Assembly (NCBI RefSeq): GCF_964194025.1
Contig: NC_134473.1
Span: forward strand, 18,104,001 to 18,168,000
Length of the DNA: 64,000 bases
Source: Convolutriloba macropyga
Taxonomy: Eukaryota
Direction of reading: 5' to 3'
Part shown: positions 25,221-37,900 of the stretch, piece by piece
How the letters are laid out: each line of letters starts with the position of its first letter
Position numbering within the stretch: the stretch's first letter is position 1
The notes under the pieces: model-generated
What the model was told of the DNA's origin: nothing
Databases searched by the model: none
What the model saw: only the letters and a program-made list of their open reading frames with translations
Position numbers and translations under genes: made by a program

Positions 25221-26781
25221 ATGCCTTTGAAAATTGAGTTTGTGTTCCTTACGGAAGAGTGCCAAGTGTTAAAATTGAGTTTGTTTGATCCTCGATGGCC
25301 CAAAACCCTGCAAATAAATGAGCGTATGAAACTAAATGATGGCGATAAAATATCGCTAATGATTGATGGCTCTGAGGTTGATTGCGTTCTACTGAAGCAT
25401 GGTCCACCAGGTGCGATGGCCGTAGAGTTCAGAAAAAAACAAGAAATCTATGGTGCGTTTGCGGATCAGTGTAGTGGTAATTTGGACGTCACCCTACGTA
25501 AGGGAGCGCGCTGGGCTGGCAGTAGTTTGACACCTGTTGAGAGTTTTGGACCTGAAAGTCCAAGGGTTATGGTTAGATCTCTTGCTTTCGTTTTCTTTAT
25601 TTTTATGAACGGTGTAAAAATAAAATATTTCGTTTTGCAACGTGTCAAGACTTTGTTCATCAAGTTTTGTTGTTCTATTTTGCCTACATAAGAAATTTTG
25701 TTGCTTTGTTTGATCTCTATCCAATGTCGATTACGTTGCCCTGTTTAGAAATGCTCAAATCATGAAAATATTGTGGAAGTCCTAAATGAAGACAAACGTA
25801 TGTTCAGTGAACTTCTTCGAGTCTATAAGAAAACAGTACAGGATTGCAATAAAAAATTGGAAAGCCAGCTACACAACTTTTCAAAGAGATTGTGAGTATA
25901 TGATTTTTCACTGGTTTTGTACAAGTTCTGGGTCATAGGCACTTCACAAATGTTCGACTTTAATCTTCAAATATGCAGTTCGAATTATTTGGTTGTTGAG
26001 ATCTGGAAATTTAATTTGATGTGGGTTGTTTTCTGGATGAAATCAATCTCTTATAGAGTTTTTTCACTTTTAGAAAGAACTCAAGAAATTAGATGACTCT
26101 GTTGACGAGGAGACCAGTGAAGTGCTACCTAGTTTCTATGAAGACGCTGATATTGATAATCTTCCTGTACCCTCAACTCCCGATGAGTTCGGAAGAGTGC
26201 TAAGAACAGCACTTTGGGGAGAAACGGGTCTTGAGCGAGAAATAATTTCTCCAACGAGAGAAATCGAGGTGCGGAAACCCGCCTCTCCGAAAAGAACTAA
26301 GCTTTTCAAAGGTATTTACAAGTACTGTTTTTCAAGAAACTTAAAATTTTCAATATGACTTCCCTCAAAAAATTTACAGACCCTAAACGCTCATCACGGC
26401 AAAAAGTGGTTACGGAACTTTTAGCAGCTTTCGAATTTTTTGAAAAATTGGATTTTATTGGTTTTCTCTGTCTTCCCCAAAACGGAGAGCTGAAATTGTT
26501 AAGGTTTTTCGTATGTTCAGGGGCTTGTGAAGAAGCTTTTCCCCCCTCGTCTGTGGCCTGAAGCTTACAACGACGCCCGTTCGTCTGCGAATAGATCGGG
26601 CATGGATGCAGTGCGGTACAGAAAAAGGAAATCTGACCCATTCTGGTGCGCACAAATGAAAGAAAAGGCAATGTCTAAGAAAAACAAACGGACAAAAAGG
26701 CGACCGAATGAAGAGTCTGACGGTCAAAAGTTAAGCAATGCACAAATTGATGAGAGTGATTCTGAAGGAAATGTTGAATAG
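25221..26781 (+). pseudogene. Four-exon BEN-domain-like gene A (N-terminal beta-rich domain, coiled coil, BEN-like C-terminus)
   Basis: Approximate exons 25221-25571, 25749-25891, 26074-26311 and 26521-26781, with GT-AG borders. C-terminal EFGRVLRTALWG...SPKRTKLFK/GLVKKLFPPRLWPEAYNDARSSANRSGMDAVRYRKR fits the BEN helical pattern. Two splice junctions are out of phase by 1 nt. Confidence 0.6.
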
Positions 26782-27467
26782 AGCCCTTAAAATCTTTGTT
26801 GCAATTTTCTATTTGATTTAATGACTTGATATTTTGTGCTGTTATTAGGCTTTGATTAATAGTCGCGAACCAATAGCTGAGGCTGTTATAGTCCTTCTCT
26901 TGGTTTTTTTTGCGTGCGTGACGTTATTTTTCACTCTTAGGTGAGCGAGTATTTTTGGTCACACATGATTTTCCTCACTCTCACAAATGACCTCCTCGTT
27001 ATTAAATTGACTTTTCTTTACTTTAAAGAGATAAGGTAAAGTGAGTGTTTGAGACTCTACTTGAAGGTTACTATAAAACAGCTAATAACAGGAGCAGCTA
27101 ATAAATTATACAGATATATAATTAAAATTTATTATCTCAGTCCTTTGTCGCGCGGCTGTTTTCTGGCAATCTGCCAGCTATGTTTCGTTTTCCTTTGTTT
27201 AATGAATTTTGGATTGACTCTAAATGCGGAAAACATTACTATTCCATCAAATGGCTACCTCAGATTTTTAGATTGATTATAATTGACTCATTGTTCGTTT
27301 TTTCTTCAAACTGTTAGTATAATGCTTCAATTTCAGCAATTTGACACTGAAATTAAAGCGGTTAAAACGTTAAAATTTAGATTGATTCTAAACATTTTGA
27401 AATTTTTGGTTTCTCTGTTTCGTTGCAAATACAGTCGAACGTAGTAAAATAATTGAAAAGTTTTTAG

Positions 27468-29121
27468 ATCGTTGAAAATGAAACCACCTTCAGGAACTGA
27501 TCGCAAGAGAAAAGCAGCAACCTATTTGATTCGGAGGCCGAAAGAGAGGACAGTGTCCGATCCAGTATTTTAGCTAATAACACGGCGTGGCTATTTGTTG
27601 ACAATAAAGAGCTGATTTTGATTACTGTAAGCAGCTTTAAATGGCCGCCCAAGACTAAGACATCTGAAATGCTAAGTCTAATCGAAGGTGATAGTTTCGA
27701 CTTGCGATTCAAAGATGGAAATGTGCCCTGTCGTTTGTTGGTAAAAGGAAACATGAAATAAGTTGAAAAACTCATAAACAGCTATCAGCAGGAGCTAGAT
27801 GCAGGTAAGCGGCCGTCTGAGTTGCGAAAAACAGTGCTTGCTAATCCTAAGGCACCTGTTGTGGATGAGGTTAATTTCTTGTGTCGAGGACGTGCACCTG
27901 GGATGAACAGTACCGTAGTCACTCTTGGTAAACCAGCAGGCGTCGAAAAGTCAAAAGCTTCCAATTCTGCGTTATCTCAGCCAGTCATTTCAGCAAAGAA
28001 GAAGAACAATACGGTAAAATGTGACTTTTTTTAACTAATTACAAATGGCATCTTAGAGATTGTTAAAGGCCTCTTTGAATTTGTCGAAAACTATGAGAGA
28101 CTGGTTAACGGTAGAAAGGCATACTGATAAATGTCGTTGCTGTGCTTTGAAATATTTGCTTTTTTTAGCCTGAGCCCGATCTTTCTCAACCTTCTACTTC
28201 TGCGACCACCAGCTCAAGCACATTTCCAACCATTGCGGACAACGCAGTCGATTGTGGGCCAAATTGCTCTCTTCTCCAGGAATATCTAGATAGGCATGTT
28301 GTTGAGATGAATAATTGGATGAAAGCATTTGAGGAGCTGAAGAAAGCGGACGAAAAAAGGCGGGCAAACATATGCGCAAGAATTGACGCTAAGGTGCCCC
28401 ATCGCTCCTTTAATTTTTCTACTTTTTACGAAATGAACCTACTTGCTAGGCTTTTCAAAAGATATCAAATTCTCAAACATCATAGAGGCTTAAGTTCTTG
28501 TGAATAAATTTCACAGTGTTTGTTACCTCTAAATGTTTAGGCTACCCAATTGAAAGAAATTCGCCTCTTGGATATTCATGGGTTCCAAAGTATCGATGAC
28601 TATCCTTCGCGGAGCTCAGGTATCACAGCAGTCATGCACAGCGGTGAAGACCTTATGACGGTTCACGCTGGCTCAGATGTCGGAAAGCTGGGTAGAGCAT
28701 TGTTTGAGAAGCTGTTTCCGGAAAATGAGCGTGGAAATTACATTCTCGCACCAAAAAGGCATGAAGCTGATCGTAGACTTGAAGCTCCCAGGGAAATTCT
28801 CGACAAGTTTACGAGTATGTTTTTAAAATTGGACATGAAGCCTTCCTTTCCATTAGCAATTAAAAAAATCCCGCTTGCGCGTTATTGGCATTTTAAAAAG
28901 ATTCCTCTTGCGTGTTAAAATTTTAAACCTGCTAAAACCAGCACTTCAAGACAGGTAATCGGCATAGAAGTTAAAACGAGATTTTCTTCTTGCTTTCATA
29001 GGTTGTGCAGCTGAAATACCCTGACACTCCTGGGCTTGCTTTTGAGCAAGTCGGAAAATCGGCAAATCAATACGGCAAGGATTGCCGAGGCCGACATTCC
29101 AACGTAGAAGAAAATGAGTGA
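27468..29121 (+). pseudogene. Multi-exon BEN-domain-like gene B, paralogue of gene A
   Basis: N-terminal TAWLFVDNKELILITVSSFKWPPK...LIEGDSFDLRFKDGNVPCRLLVKG aligns to gene A (RWPK...LNDGDKISLMIDGSEVDCVLLKHG). Coiled coil near 28290-28392. C-terminal DVGKLGRALFEKLFPENERGNYIL...EILDKFT/VVQLKYPDTPGLAFEQVGKSANQYGKDCRGR is BEN-like. Contains in-frame stops. Confidence 0.65.
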
Positions 29122-29831
29122 ATATTCTGCCTGAAACGCGAGAATTCTGCCTGAAAATGTCATTTTTCATTAAGGAGTGCTGTTTTATTTTTAATTGATC
29201 TCGAACGAACTTGTAGCAATTATTGTAAACGCGTTGATCTCTATGCAAAAATTTTGCTTGAACATTTTGATTTTTTGAGTGATTTTTACGCCCTTGACTT
29301 TCTGCGTTTAAAGTGATCATAATTTCTCTCATTTAAAATTTCAAGTTCTTAAATTCAATTGCCGGCAATTTAGTGCTGAAAGTCAAATGGTAAGCGCGCC
29401 AAAATTGATGTCAATTTTTCACTTTATATCTTAATAGCGCTATTTATTAACCTCTAATGATCAGGCTGCAATTAGTAACTGATTAGAGCTCCCACTAGTT
29501 GTTTGAGAGCAATTTTCCCGACGTTAGTCGGTTATGTTTAGTGAACTTGAACTAACCTTTCGTAACTTTCCTATATAGTCTCCCTAGGTTAGTCGGTTAT
29601 GTTTTGTGAACTTGAACTAACTTTCTGTAACTTTCTTAGATCCAGTTTGTTTACTTAGTTTAAACATTCGCTGCTTTGCCAGCGTAAGAAAATTTGTATT
29701 GTCTTTTGATCCTGAATTAAACAGTTTATTAAAACAATGATTACGTTTCCATAAAAGAACTTGTTTCAAGTTTTTCGAAATTATCTCTATGACGGGCATA
29801 ACGTAACCACTGGTAAAATTTTTCAAGTGAT

Positions 29832-31046
29832 ATGATTACATGCGATGATTTAGTGATTGCGGATGGACAAGTTGTGCGTCAAGTTTTAACCAGTTTTAAT
29901 GTCTGTCCTCAAACGATGCTGCCCCTGAACAGTTTGGAACGGTTCGAGAGCCGCATGAAATTCAACAAACAGCTTTCAAAGGCTTATTTTTCACTAAAAG
30001 AACTATATGAGCTTTGTATTGCATCAGGATTTAAAATCTTGCCTGACAACTATGGCGGCTATGGCCTCTTCAACAATACGGGAAAAGTATTAAAACCTTC
30101 ATTGCAACCCCCTTAGACCTTTTCCTGTGGGACCAATTGAAACTGTTGCTCTTGAACTGCAAAATGAGATGTCCGATTTGTCTGTAATGCGTGGCGAGCG
30201 TGAGCAGTGTGAAGTAGTACTGCTTGGCCCCATTCGTTTTGCAAATCACTCTTGTTCGCCAAATACGTAATTTTTCTTAGGATACACAAGTTCTTTTCTC
30301 CCCACAACAAGTGCGTGTTTCCTCAAGTAATAGACTCCATAGGGCTTGGTGAAGAAATAACTGTGAGTTACGGATCAAACTACTTCAAAGACGGTAGTCT
30401 TAAATGTAGGTGCCCACATAAGGAAAAGCACATGCCGCTAAACCGAGAAAATTTAGAATCAACGACTCCTCGATTCCAAAGTCCTGATGTCCCCACTCAG
30501 CTGACATTTTCGTCAAGTACCACAAGTGCAATCTTAGGATCTGGTGAGAGTAGTGCCAGCTACACTGCAAGTCAGTCTAGCATTGGTACACCGACTGATT
30601 GTGAACTTTCTGCAAAGAGAAAATTTAGAAATCAACGGAAAAGGCGGGTCAAAAGAAGAATCTTAGAAGGTTCGAGTCGCGAAATCAGAACCTTCATACA
30701 CCAGATAGATGCCACTCGCTCTTTCGAAGTTGAAACTGAGGAAACAGATACACAAGTGAGTTCGCAATGTTCTGCTGACGATTAGCTTGAAACCGAAGCC
30801 TCTTTTGAACCCGAACCTGAATTTGACCTCCCAATTGGAGAAGAATCTGAGGTGACCTCCAATGATTATGACGAAGATGATCTTGATGACAGTGATGGCA
30901 CTGATGTGGCAGAAAGAAGTTTCCAGTTTTCTTCGAATCCGTTAACGTGTAACTCGAATGTAACTGTTCATAATGCGTCAATGGGTTTATTTGCAGTTGC
31001 TGCTCGACATTGTCTACCCGACGAAGCTCTGTTCGATCTGCTGAAA
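29832..31046 (+). pseudogene. Duplicated, truncated copy of the SET domain, linker and transposase N-terminus
   Basis: Same sequence as 31742-32956. ORFs 30252-30785 and 30852-31064 share one frame, separated only by a TAG that is TAC in the second copy. Confidence 0.85.
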
Positions 31047-31741
31047 CGCGAGAATTCTGCCTAAAAATGTCGTTTTTCATTAAGGAGTGCTGTTTTATTT
31101 TTAATTGATCTTGAACGAACTTGTACCAATTATTGTAAACGCGTTGATCTCTATGCAAAAATTTTGCTTGAACATTTTGATTTTTTGAGTGATTTTTACG
31201 CCCTTGACTTTCTGCGTTTAAAGTGATCATAATTTCTCTCATTTAAAATTTCAAGTTCTTAAATTCAATTGCCGGCAATTTAGTGCTGAAAGTCAAATGG
31301 TAAGCGCGCCAAAATTGATGTCAATTTTTCACTTTATATCTTAATAGCGCTATTTATTAACCTCTAATGATCAGGCTGCAATTAGTAACTGATTAGAGCT
31401 CCCACTAGTTGTTTGAGAGCAATTTTCCCGACGTTAGTCGGTTATGTTTAGTGAACTTGAACTAACCTTTCGTAACTTTCCTATATAGTCTCCCTAGGTT
31501 AGTCGGTTATGTTTTGTGAACTTGAACTAACTTTCTGTAACTTTCTTAGATCCAGTTTGTTTACTTAGTTTAAACATTCGCTGCTTTGCCAGCGTAAGAA
31601 AATTTGTATTGTCTTTTGATCCTGAATTAAACAGTTTATTAAAACAATGATTACGTTTCCATAAAAGAACTTGTTTCAAGTTTTTCGAAATTATCTCTAT
31701 GACGGGCATAACGTAACCACTGGTAAAATTTTTCAAGTGAT

Positions 31742-32340
31742 ATGATTACATCCGATGATTTAGTGATTGCGGATGGACAAGTTGTGCGTCAAGTTTTAAC
31801 CAGTTTTAATGTCTGTCCTCAAACGATGCTGCCCCTGAACAGCTTGGAACGGTTCGAGAGCCGCATGAAATTCGACAAACAGCTTTCAAAGGCTTATTTT
31901 TCACTAAAAGAACTATATGAGCTTTGTATTGCATCAGGATTTAAAATCTTGCCCGACAACTATGGCGGCTATGGCCTCTTCAGCAATACGGGAAAGGTAT
32001 TAAAACCTTCATTGCAACCCCCTTAGACCTTTTCCTGTGGGACCAATTGAAACTGTTCCTCTTGAACTGCAAAATGAGATGTCCGATTTGTCTGTAATGC
32101 GTGGCGAGCGTGAGCAGGGTGAAGTAGTACTGCTTGGCCCCATTCGTTTTGCAAATCACTCTTGTTCGCCAAATACGTAATTTTTCTTAGGATACACAAG
32201 TTCTTTTCTCCCCCACAACAAGTGCGTGTTTCCTCAAGTAAAAGACTCCATAGGGCTTGGTGAAGAAATAACTGTGAGTTACGGATCAAACTACTTCAAA
32301 GACGGTAGTCTTAAATGTAGGTGCCCACATAAGGAAAAGC
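31742..32340 (+). pseudogene. Suv4-20/Set9-like (KMT5B/C family) SET histone methyltransferase domain
   Basis: Reading across one frameshift (~32020) and one TAA (32178-32180) gives SGFKILP...GPIETVPLELQNEMSDLSVMRGEREQGEVVLLGPIRFANHSCSPNT*F...CVFPQVKDSIGLGEEITVSYGSNYFKDGSLKCRC. This is collinear with Suv4-20 SGFEILP...DFSVM...WLGPAAFINHDCRPNCKF...GEEI.C.YG..FF...CEC. Confidence 0.88.
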
Positions 32341-32815
32341 ACATGCCGCTAAACCGAGAAAATTTACAACCAACGACTCCTCGATTCCAAAGTCCTGATG
32401 TCCCCACTCAGCTGACATTTTCGTCAAGTACCACAAGTGCAATCTTAGGATCTGGTGAGAGTAGTGCCAGCTACACTGCAAGTCAGTCTAGCATTGGTAC
32501 ACCGACTGATTGTGAACTTTCTGCAAAGAGAAAATTTAGAAATCAACGGAAAAGGCGGGTCAAAAGAAGAATCTTAGAAGGTTCGAGTCGCGAAATCAGA
32601 ACCTTCATACACCAGATAGATGCCATTCGCTCTTTCGAAGTTGAAACTGAGGAAACAGATACACAAGTGAGTTCGCAATGTTCTGCTGACGATTACCTTG
32701 AAACCGAAGCCTCTTTTGAACCCGAACCTGAATTTGACCTCCCAATTGGAGAAGAATCTGAGGTGACCTCAATGATTATGACGAAGATGATCTTGATGAC
32801 AGTGATGGCACTGAT

Positions 32816-34851
32816 GTGGCAGAAAGAAGTTTCCAGTTTTCTTCGAATCCGTTAACGTGTAACTCGAATGTAACTGTTCATAATGCGTCAATGGGTTTAT
32901 TTGCAGTTGCTGCTCGACATTGTCTACCCGACGAAGCTCTGTTCGATCTGCTGAAATGGCAAAAAATTATTCATCCCCACGAAAATGTGCCTACTCCCAA
33001 TTTTATGAAAAGTGAAACCAAGAAATTAACGGATCTCTACGTAAAGGACACAGAAAAAAATGCCAGCGGAGAAGTTATTTTTCTTAACTTTGCAGAAAAA
33101 CTAAAGGAGAAAGTAGAAAAGTACATCAACGAAATTATGCATTACGCTAACCCAGAAACGGAAAGGGATCTCAAGCTAACAAGTCTTTTCGATGACCAGA
33201 CAATCAACGTGAAACTAATTTTAAACATAAACGGAGTTGAAGTTAGAAAGTCAAGTGATTGCTCAGCCTACCTTGTTTGGGTTGCTCTTGCTGATCTTCC
33301 GCCAAAATTAAGAGCTTCATTTGACAACATCTTTCTTTGCTCATTGTGGTACGGAAAAGGAAAATATTTCTGGGACCCTATATTTGAACACTACAGATCT
33401 GAACTTGCAAAACCCCAGAACATTTGTTACAAAGGGAGACTATACAAAATCAGTTTTACAACAGTTTTTCTCGTGGTAGACCTTGTGTGCAGGCATGATG
33501 TTTTGAATATGAAAAAATTCAATGGTTATTACGGCTGCGGTCTTTGTACCATGCGAGGGTTTCAAGGATTTCCTGGAACTCACTCTTATCCAAACAGTAA
33601 ATGCTTCTCAATGCGGAACCCTGCTGAGCATCATATTCTTGTTATGCAGGCTGAAAGCGGAAGTGTTGAGGAAAGAAAGTCGAGGAAGGAGAAAGACCCA
33701 GAGGTGGACACACTAGGCGTTAAAGGACGCTATAAACTGTTTGACATCATCCCAAATCTTCCCTTGACGTGTCCAGTAGACACGATGCATCAGTGCCTTA
33801 AAGGTGTGGCCAGTGACGTCATAAATTTTTTCGCCGAGCAACTAGGTTTGACTGAACTAAGCGCAATCGACAATGCAACTTGTCAAGTAGTTCTTCCCAA
33901 CGAATTCAAAAGGTCAATTAGGTCTCTCAGTTCAATTTACATATCAAAGCAAATGCATTAAAAACTTTCTTGCTCTATTTTTCACCCTTAATTTTTCGAA
34001 AGTTTTCTCAGAGTTCTCCTGCACATGATGCGAACATGCAATATCTCAACTACCTGGTGTTTTCACTGCGGTCAATGTACGAGAATACCTCAAATGCAAA
34101 CTTATGTGGACATCTTCTGGAGGCATTCTGCTATAAGATGTCGTTTCGTTATCCTCTAAAGAAATTTGACTCTATCAACTTCCATTTGCTGCGACACCTG
34201 GCCTGGCAGTGCAAAACATTTGGCCAGTTATGGACTACTTCAGCTCCGATGTTTGAAAATGCCAACATTCATCTGATTAAAACTCTGACGGGGAGTGTCA
34301 ATACCTGCAGTTTGATCGTTAGTCGTTATATACAAAACCGACAACTTGAAAGCTTCGAAGTGAAAGATGACCATCTAAAAGCTTATATTGAAAATCTGAG
34401 GAGGAGAACAACTGGTATCACGGAGGATTTGTGCTTAGAAAGAAACAATTTTTATTATGAAACCCAAAAAAAGTTTCCTGAAGCCCGTTTGTTCTGTAGG
34501 TATCGAGGGCGCTTTTATCTTGATAGTCAGAATTATACAAAAACAAACGCCAACAGTTTTGTTGCTATCGATGAGAACGGTGAAACCATAGTTGGCCAGA
34601 TTTTGCTTTTCAAAGAGCAAGATTCGGAGTTGCAGTGTTTTGTACAGCTGTACGAAAAATTTGTAGTTGATCTGAGGTCAACGGAATTTGCCAGACATTC
34701 AAACTCTTTTGAACCTCTCGCTTACCGTGTTGCAAAGTCAACTGAAGTCCAGGCTTTCAAACTAGATGCAATTAAAAACAAGCTCATAAAGCTTGCTTTC
34801 CTGGGGGATTTATATTTCATCAACGTGTTAAAACACTTTGAGCATGATTAG
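32816..34851 (+). pseudogene. CMC/EnSpm-family DDE transposase, one frameshift near 33930-33965
   Basis: Motifs LILNINGVEVRKSS (first catalytic D replaced by N at 33230-33232), LADLPPKLR, LCSLWYG, VVDLVCRHDVLNMKKFNGYYGCGLC, PVDTMHQCLKGV and NFHLLRHL...FGQLWTTSAPMFENAN are all characteristic of animal EnSpm-type transposases. Confidence 0.92.
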
Positions 34852-34964
34852 TACTGTTAGATTTTTCTTACTTGTTTTAAACTAGATGAAATTAAAAACA
34901 AGTTTATAAAGATTGCTTTCCTGGGTGATTTATATTTCACCAGCATTTTGAAACACTTTGATTA

Positions 34965-37900
34965 TTACGAATAAGTAATTTTAAAAATAGTCTTTTTCAT
35001 AGGGTCATAGACTTGTCCAAATCGAACTAAACTGGGTATGGAGTATACCATGGGTACCTAGAGTCTTAAACAAAAAGAATTTTTGCTATAGCTTGCCTAG
35101 GAAAAAAGTTAGTTTTTCATACGGAAATTTGCGACTTTCGCGATTAGCGAATTTTAAAAATAGGTCTTTTTATCGGGTCAAGAAGTTGTTCAAATCAAAC
35201 AAAACTCGGTATGGAGTATCACCAGTGTAATTTAGAGTATCGCTCCGTATGTTAATTGTTAGACAAATTTTTTTGTTGCTCTTGCTTTTCTGAATTTCTT
35301 GTCCTAATTTTTCAGTTGTTATTATGCAGCAAACACAAATTATTGTAACCAGAACTGGAAGAGTATTCTGTAAGAGGCCCGGTTTGTCAACAGCAGAAAA
35401 CAGAGAAGCACGAGTTGAAAATGAAGAAATTTTAAAATTGGAAGTCAATGAACTCAAAAAGAAAGTCGAAGCTTTAAAAGAGAGAGTCGAAAAACATGAG
35501 AAGGCGATCATTGAGTTGGTAGACTTGACTAATGACGATTTCTTTGAAACTACTATTTCGGTAAATTCGGATGATTTAATTGAGCTTCCAAATGGTATCT
35601 GAGAAATTAAATTGGTCAATTGTAGTTATTCTGTTTAGCCCATTGTTCGTGCAGAGTAGATTGAATTTATGGCTTTACTTGTATTAAAAATTCAATCTTA
35701 CCTTAAAACAAGCATTGTTTAATAATTGATTTCGTTAATCAATCATGTTTCTTGGTAGTTTCCTGGTCTGAAAACTTCTGCGGTTAACTTAAATCTACGG
35801 TTTGAGTGTTGGACAAAAGGAATTTTTGCTCTAGCTTGCCTAGGAAAAAAGTTAGTTTTTCATACGGAAACTTGCTATTATTTTCGAATATTTAATTTTG
35901 AAATAGTTTTTTTCATCTGGTCAAGCAGTTGTTCAAATCAAACAAAACTCGGTGTGGAGTACCACCAGTGTAATGAGAGTGTAAAACAAAAAGAATTTTT
36001 ACTATACCATGCCTAGGAAATAAATTGGGTTTTCATACGGAAATTTGCTATCATTTCGAATAATTTTGCAATTATTATTTTAAAAATAGTTCTATTTCGT
36101 TGTGTCCAGGATTTGTTCAAATCTAACCAAAATCTGTATGGAGTATCCCATGTATACATAGAGTGTAAAACAGAAAGGATTTTTGCAATAGCTTGCCTAG
36201 GAAAAAGTTAGTTTTTCATACGGAATTTCGCGATTAGCGAATTTTAAAAATAGGTCTTTTTTATCGAGTCAAGAAGTTGTTAAAATCAAACCAAATCCGG
36301 TATGGATTATCCCCTGTGAAGTTAAAGCCTAGTATCTAAAAAGTCTTTGCTATAGGTTGCCTACGAAAAAAGTCGCGAGTTTTAAATATAGTTATCTTTT
36401 ATTGGGGCAAGAAGTTGTCCAAATCGAACCAAACGGGGTTTAGAGTTTACCATGGTTACCTAGAGTCTAAAACAGAAAAAATTTTTGCTATAGCTTGCCT
36501 CGGAAAAAACTTAGCTTTTCATACGGAAATTTGCCGTTATTTCGAATATTCAATTTTAAATAATTTTGAAAAATAGATCTCTTTGATTAGGTCATAGTTT
36601 TGTCCAAATCGAACCAAACTTGGTGTGAAGTATCCCCTGTGTAGTTAGAGCGTAAAACAAAAAAGAATTTTTAGTATAGCTTGCCTACCAAAAAGTTGGG
36701 TTTTCAAACGGAAATTTGCGAATTTCGCAAATAACGAATTTTAAGAACAGGTCTTTTTCATTGGATCAAGGACTTGTCCAAATCGTATTAAACTCGGTAC
36801 GGAGTATCTCCTGTGAACCCAGAATCTAAAACAAAAAGAGTCTTTGCTATAGCTTGTCTAGGAAAAAGTTGCTTTTTCATACGGAAATTTGCGATTAATT
36901 CGAATAGTTAATTTTAAATAATTTTGAAAAATAGGTCTTTTTGATTAGGTCTTAGAGTTGTCCAAAGTGAACCAAACTCGGCATGGAGTATTCCATGGGT
37001 ACCTAGATTCTAAAACAAAACAATTTTGCTATGGCTTGCCTGGGAAACAAGTTAGTTTTTCATACGGTAATTTGGAACTTTAAATATAGGTCTTTTTCAT
37101 CGGATCAAGGAGTTGTTCAAAGTAAACCAAACTCGGTATGGAGTATCCCATTTATACCTAGGGTGTAAAAGAGAAAAAATTTTTGCTACAGCTTGACTAG
37201 GAAGAAAGTTAGTTTTTCATACGGAAATTTGCGATTATTTCAAATAAGTAATTTTAATAATGAGTCTTTTTGAGAGGGTCATAGAGTTGTCCAAATCAAA
37301 TCAAACGGGGTATGGAGTATACGATGGGTACCTAGAGTCTAAAACAAAAAAAAATTGCTATAGCTTGCCTAGGAAAAAAGTTGCTTTTCCATACGGAAAT
37401 TTGCCATTAATTCGAATATTTAATTTTAAATAATTTTGAAAAATAGGTCTTTTTGATTAGGTCTTAGAGTTGTCCAAAAAGAACCAAACTCGGTATGGAG
37501 TATCCCATGGGTATCTATATGGTAAAACGAAAAGAATTTTTGGTATAGCGTGCCTAGGAAAAAAGTTAGTTTTTCATACGTAAGTTTGCGATTATTTCAA
37601 ATAAGTAATTTTAAAAATAGGTCTTTTTGATTGGGTCATAGAGTTGTTCAACTCGACCCAAACTTGGTATGATCTATTCCCTTCAAAATAATTTTGAAAA
37701 ATAGGTCTTTTTGATTAGGTCTTGTCCAAAGTGATCCAAACTCGGTATGGAGTATCCAATGGGTATCTAGATGGTAAAACAAAAAGAGTTTTCGGTATAG
37801 CTTGCTCAGGAAAAAAGTTAGTTTTTCATAAGGAAATTTGCGAATTTCGCGATTAGCGAATTTTAACTATAGTTATCTTTTATTGGGCCAAGAAGTTGTT

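Larger units (their letters stand above)
29131..32950 (+). repeat. 1910-bp tandem duplication (29131-31040 and 31041-32950)
   Basis: Near-identical copies with ORFs offset by 1910. CTGAAA occurs at 29131, 31041 and 32951, the breakpoints. Confidence 0.95.

Noticed and set aside
22817-32180. Stop-codon reassignment, suggested by repeated in-frame TAA in the SGNH, BEN-B and SET genes
   Set aside because: The same genes also carry frameshifts, a TGA, a copy-specific TAG and a catalytic D-to-N change, and the RING ORF ends normally at TAA. Ordinary decay explains the pattern.
31997-32190. Mini-introns rescuing the SET frameshift and stop
   Set aside because: The candidate GT-AG spans are 30 nt, which does not change frame, and 14 nt, which is too short and leaves the wrong frame.
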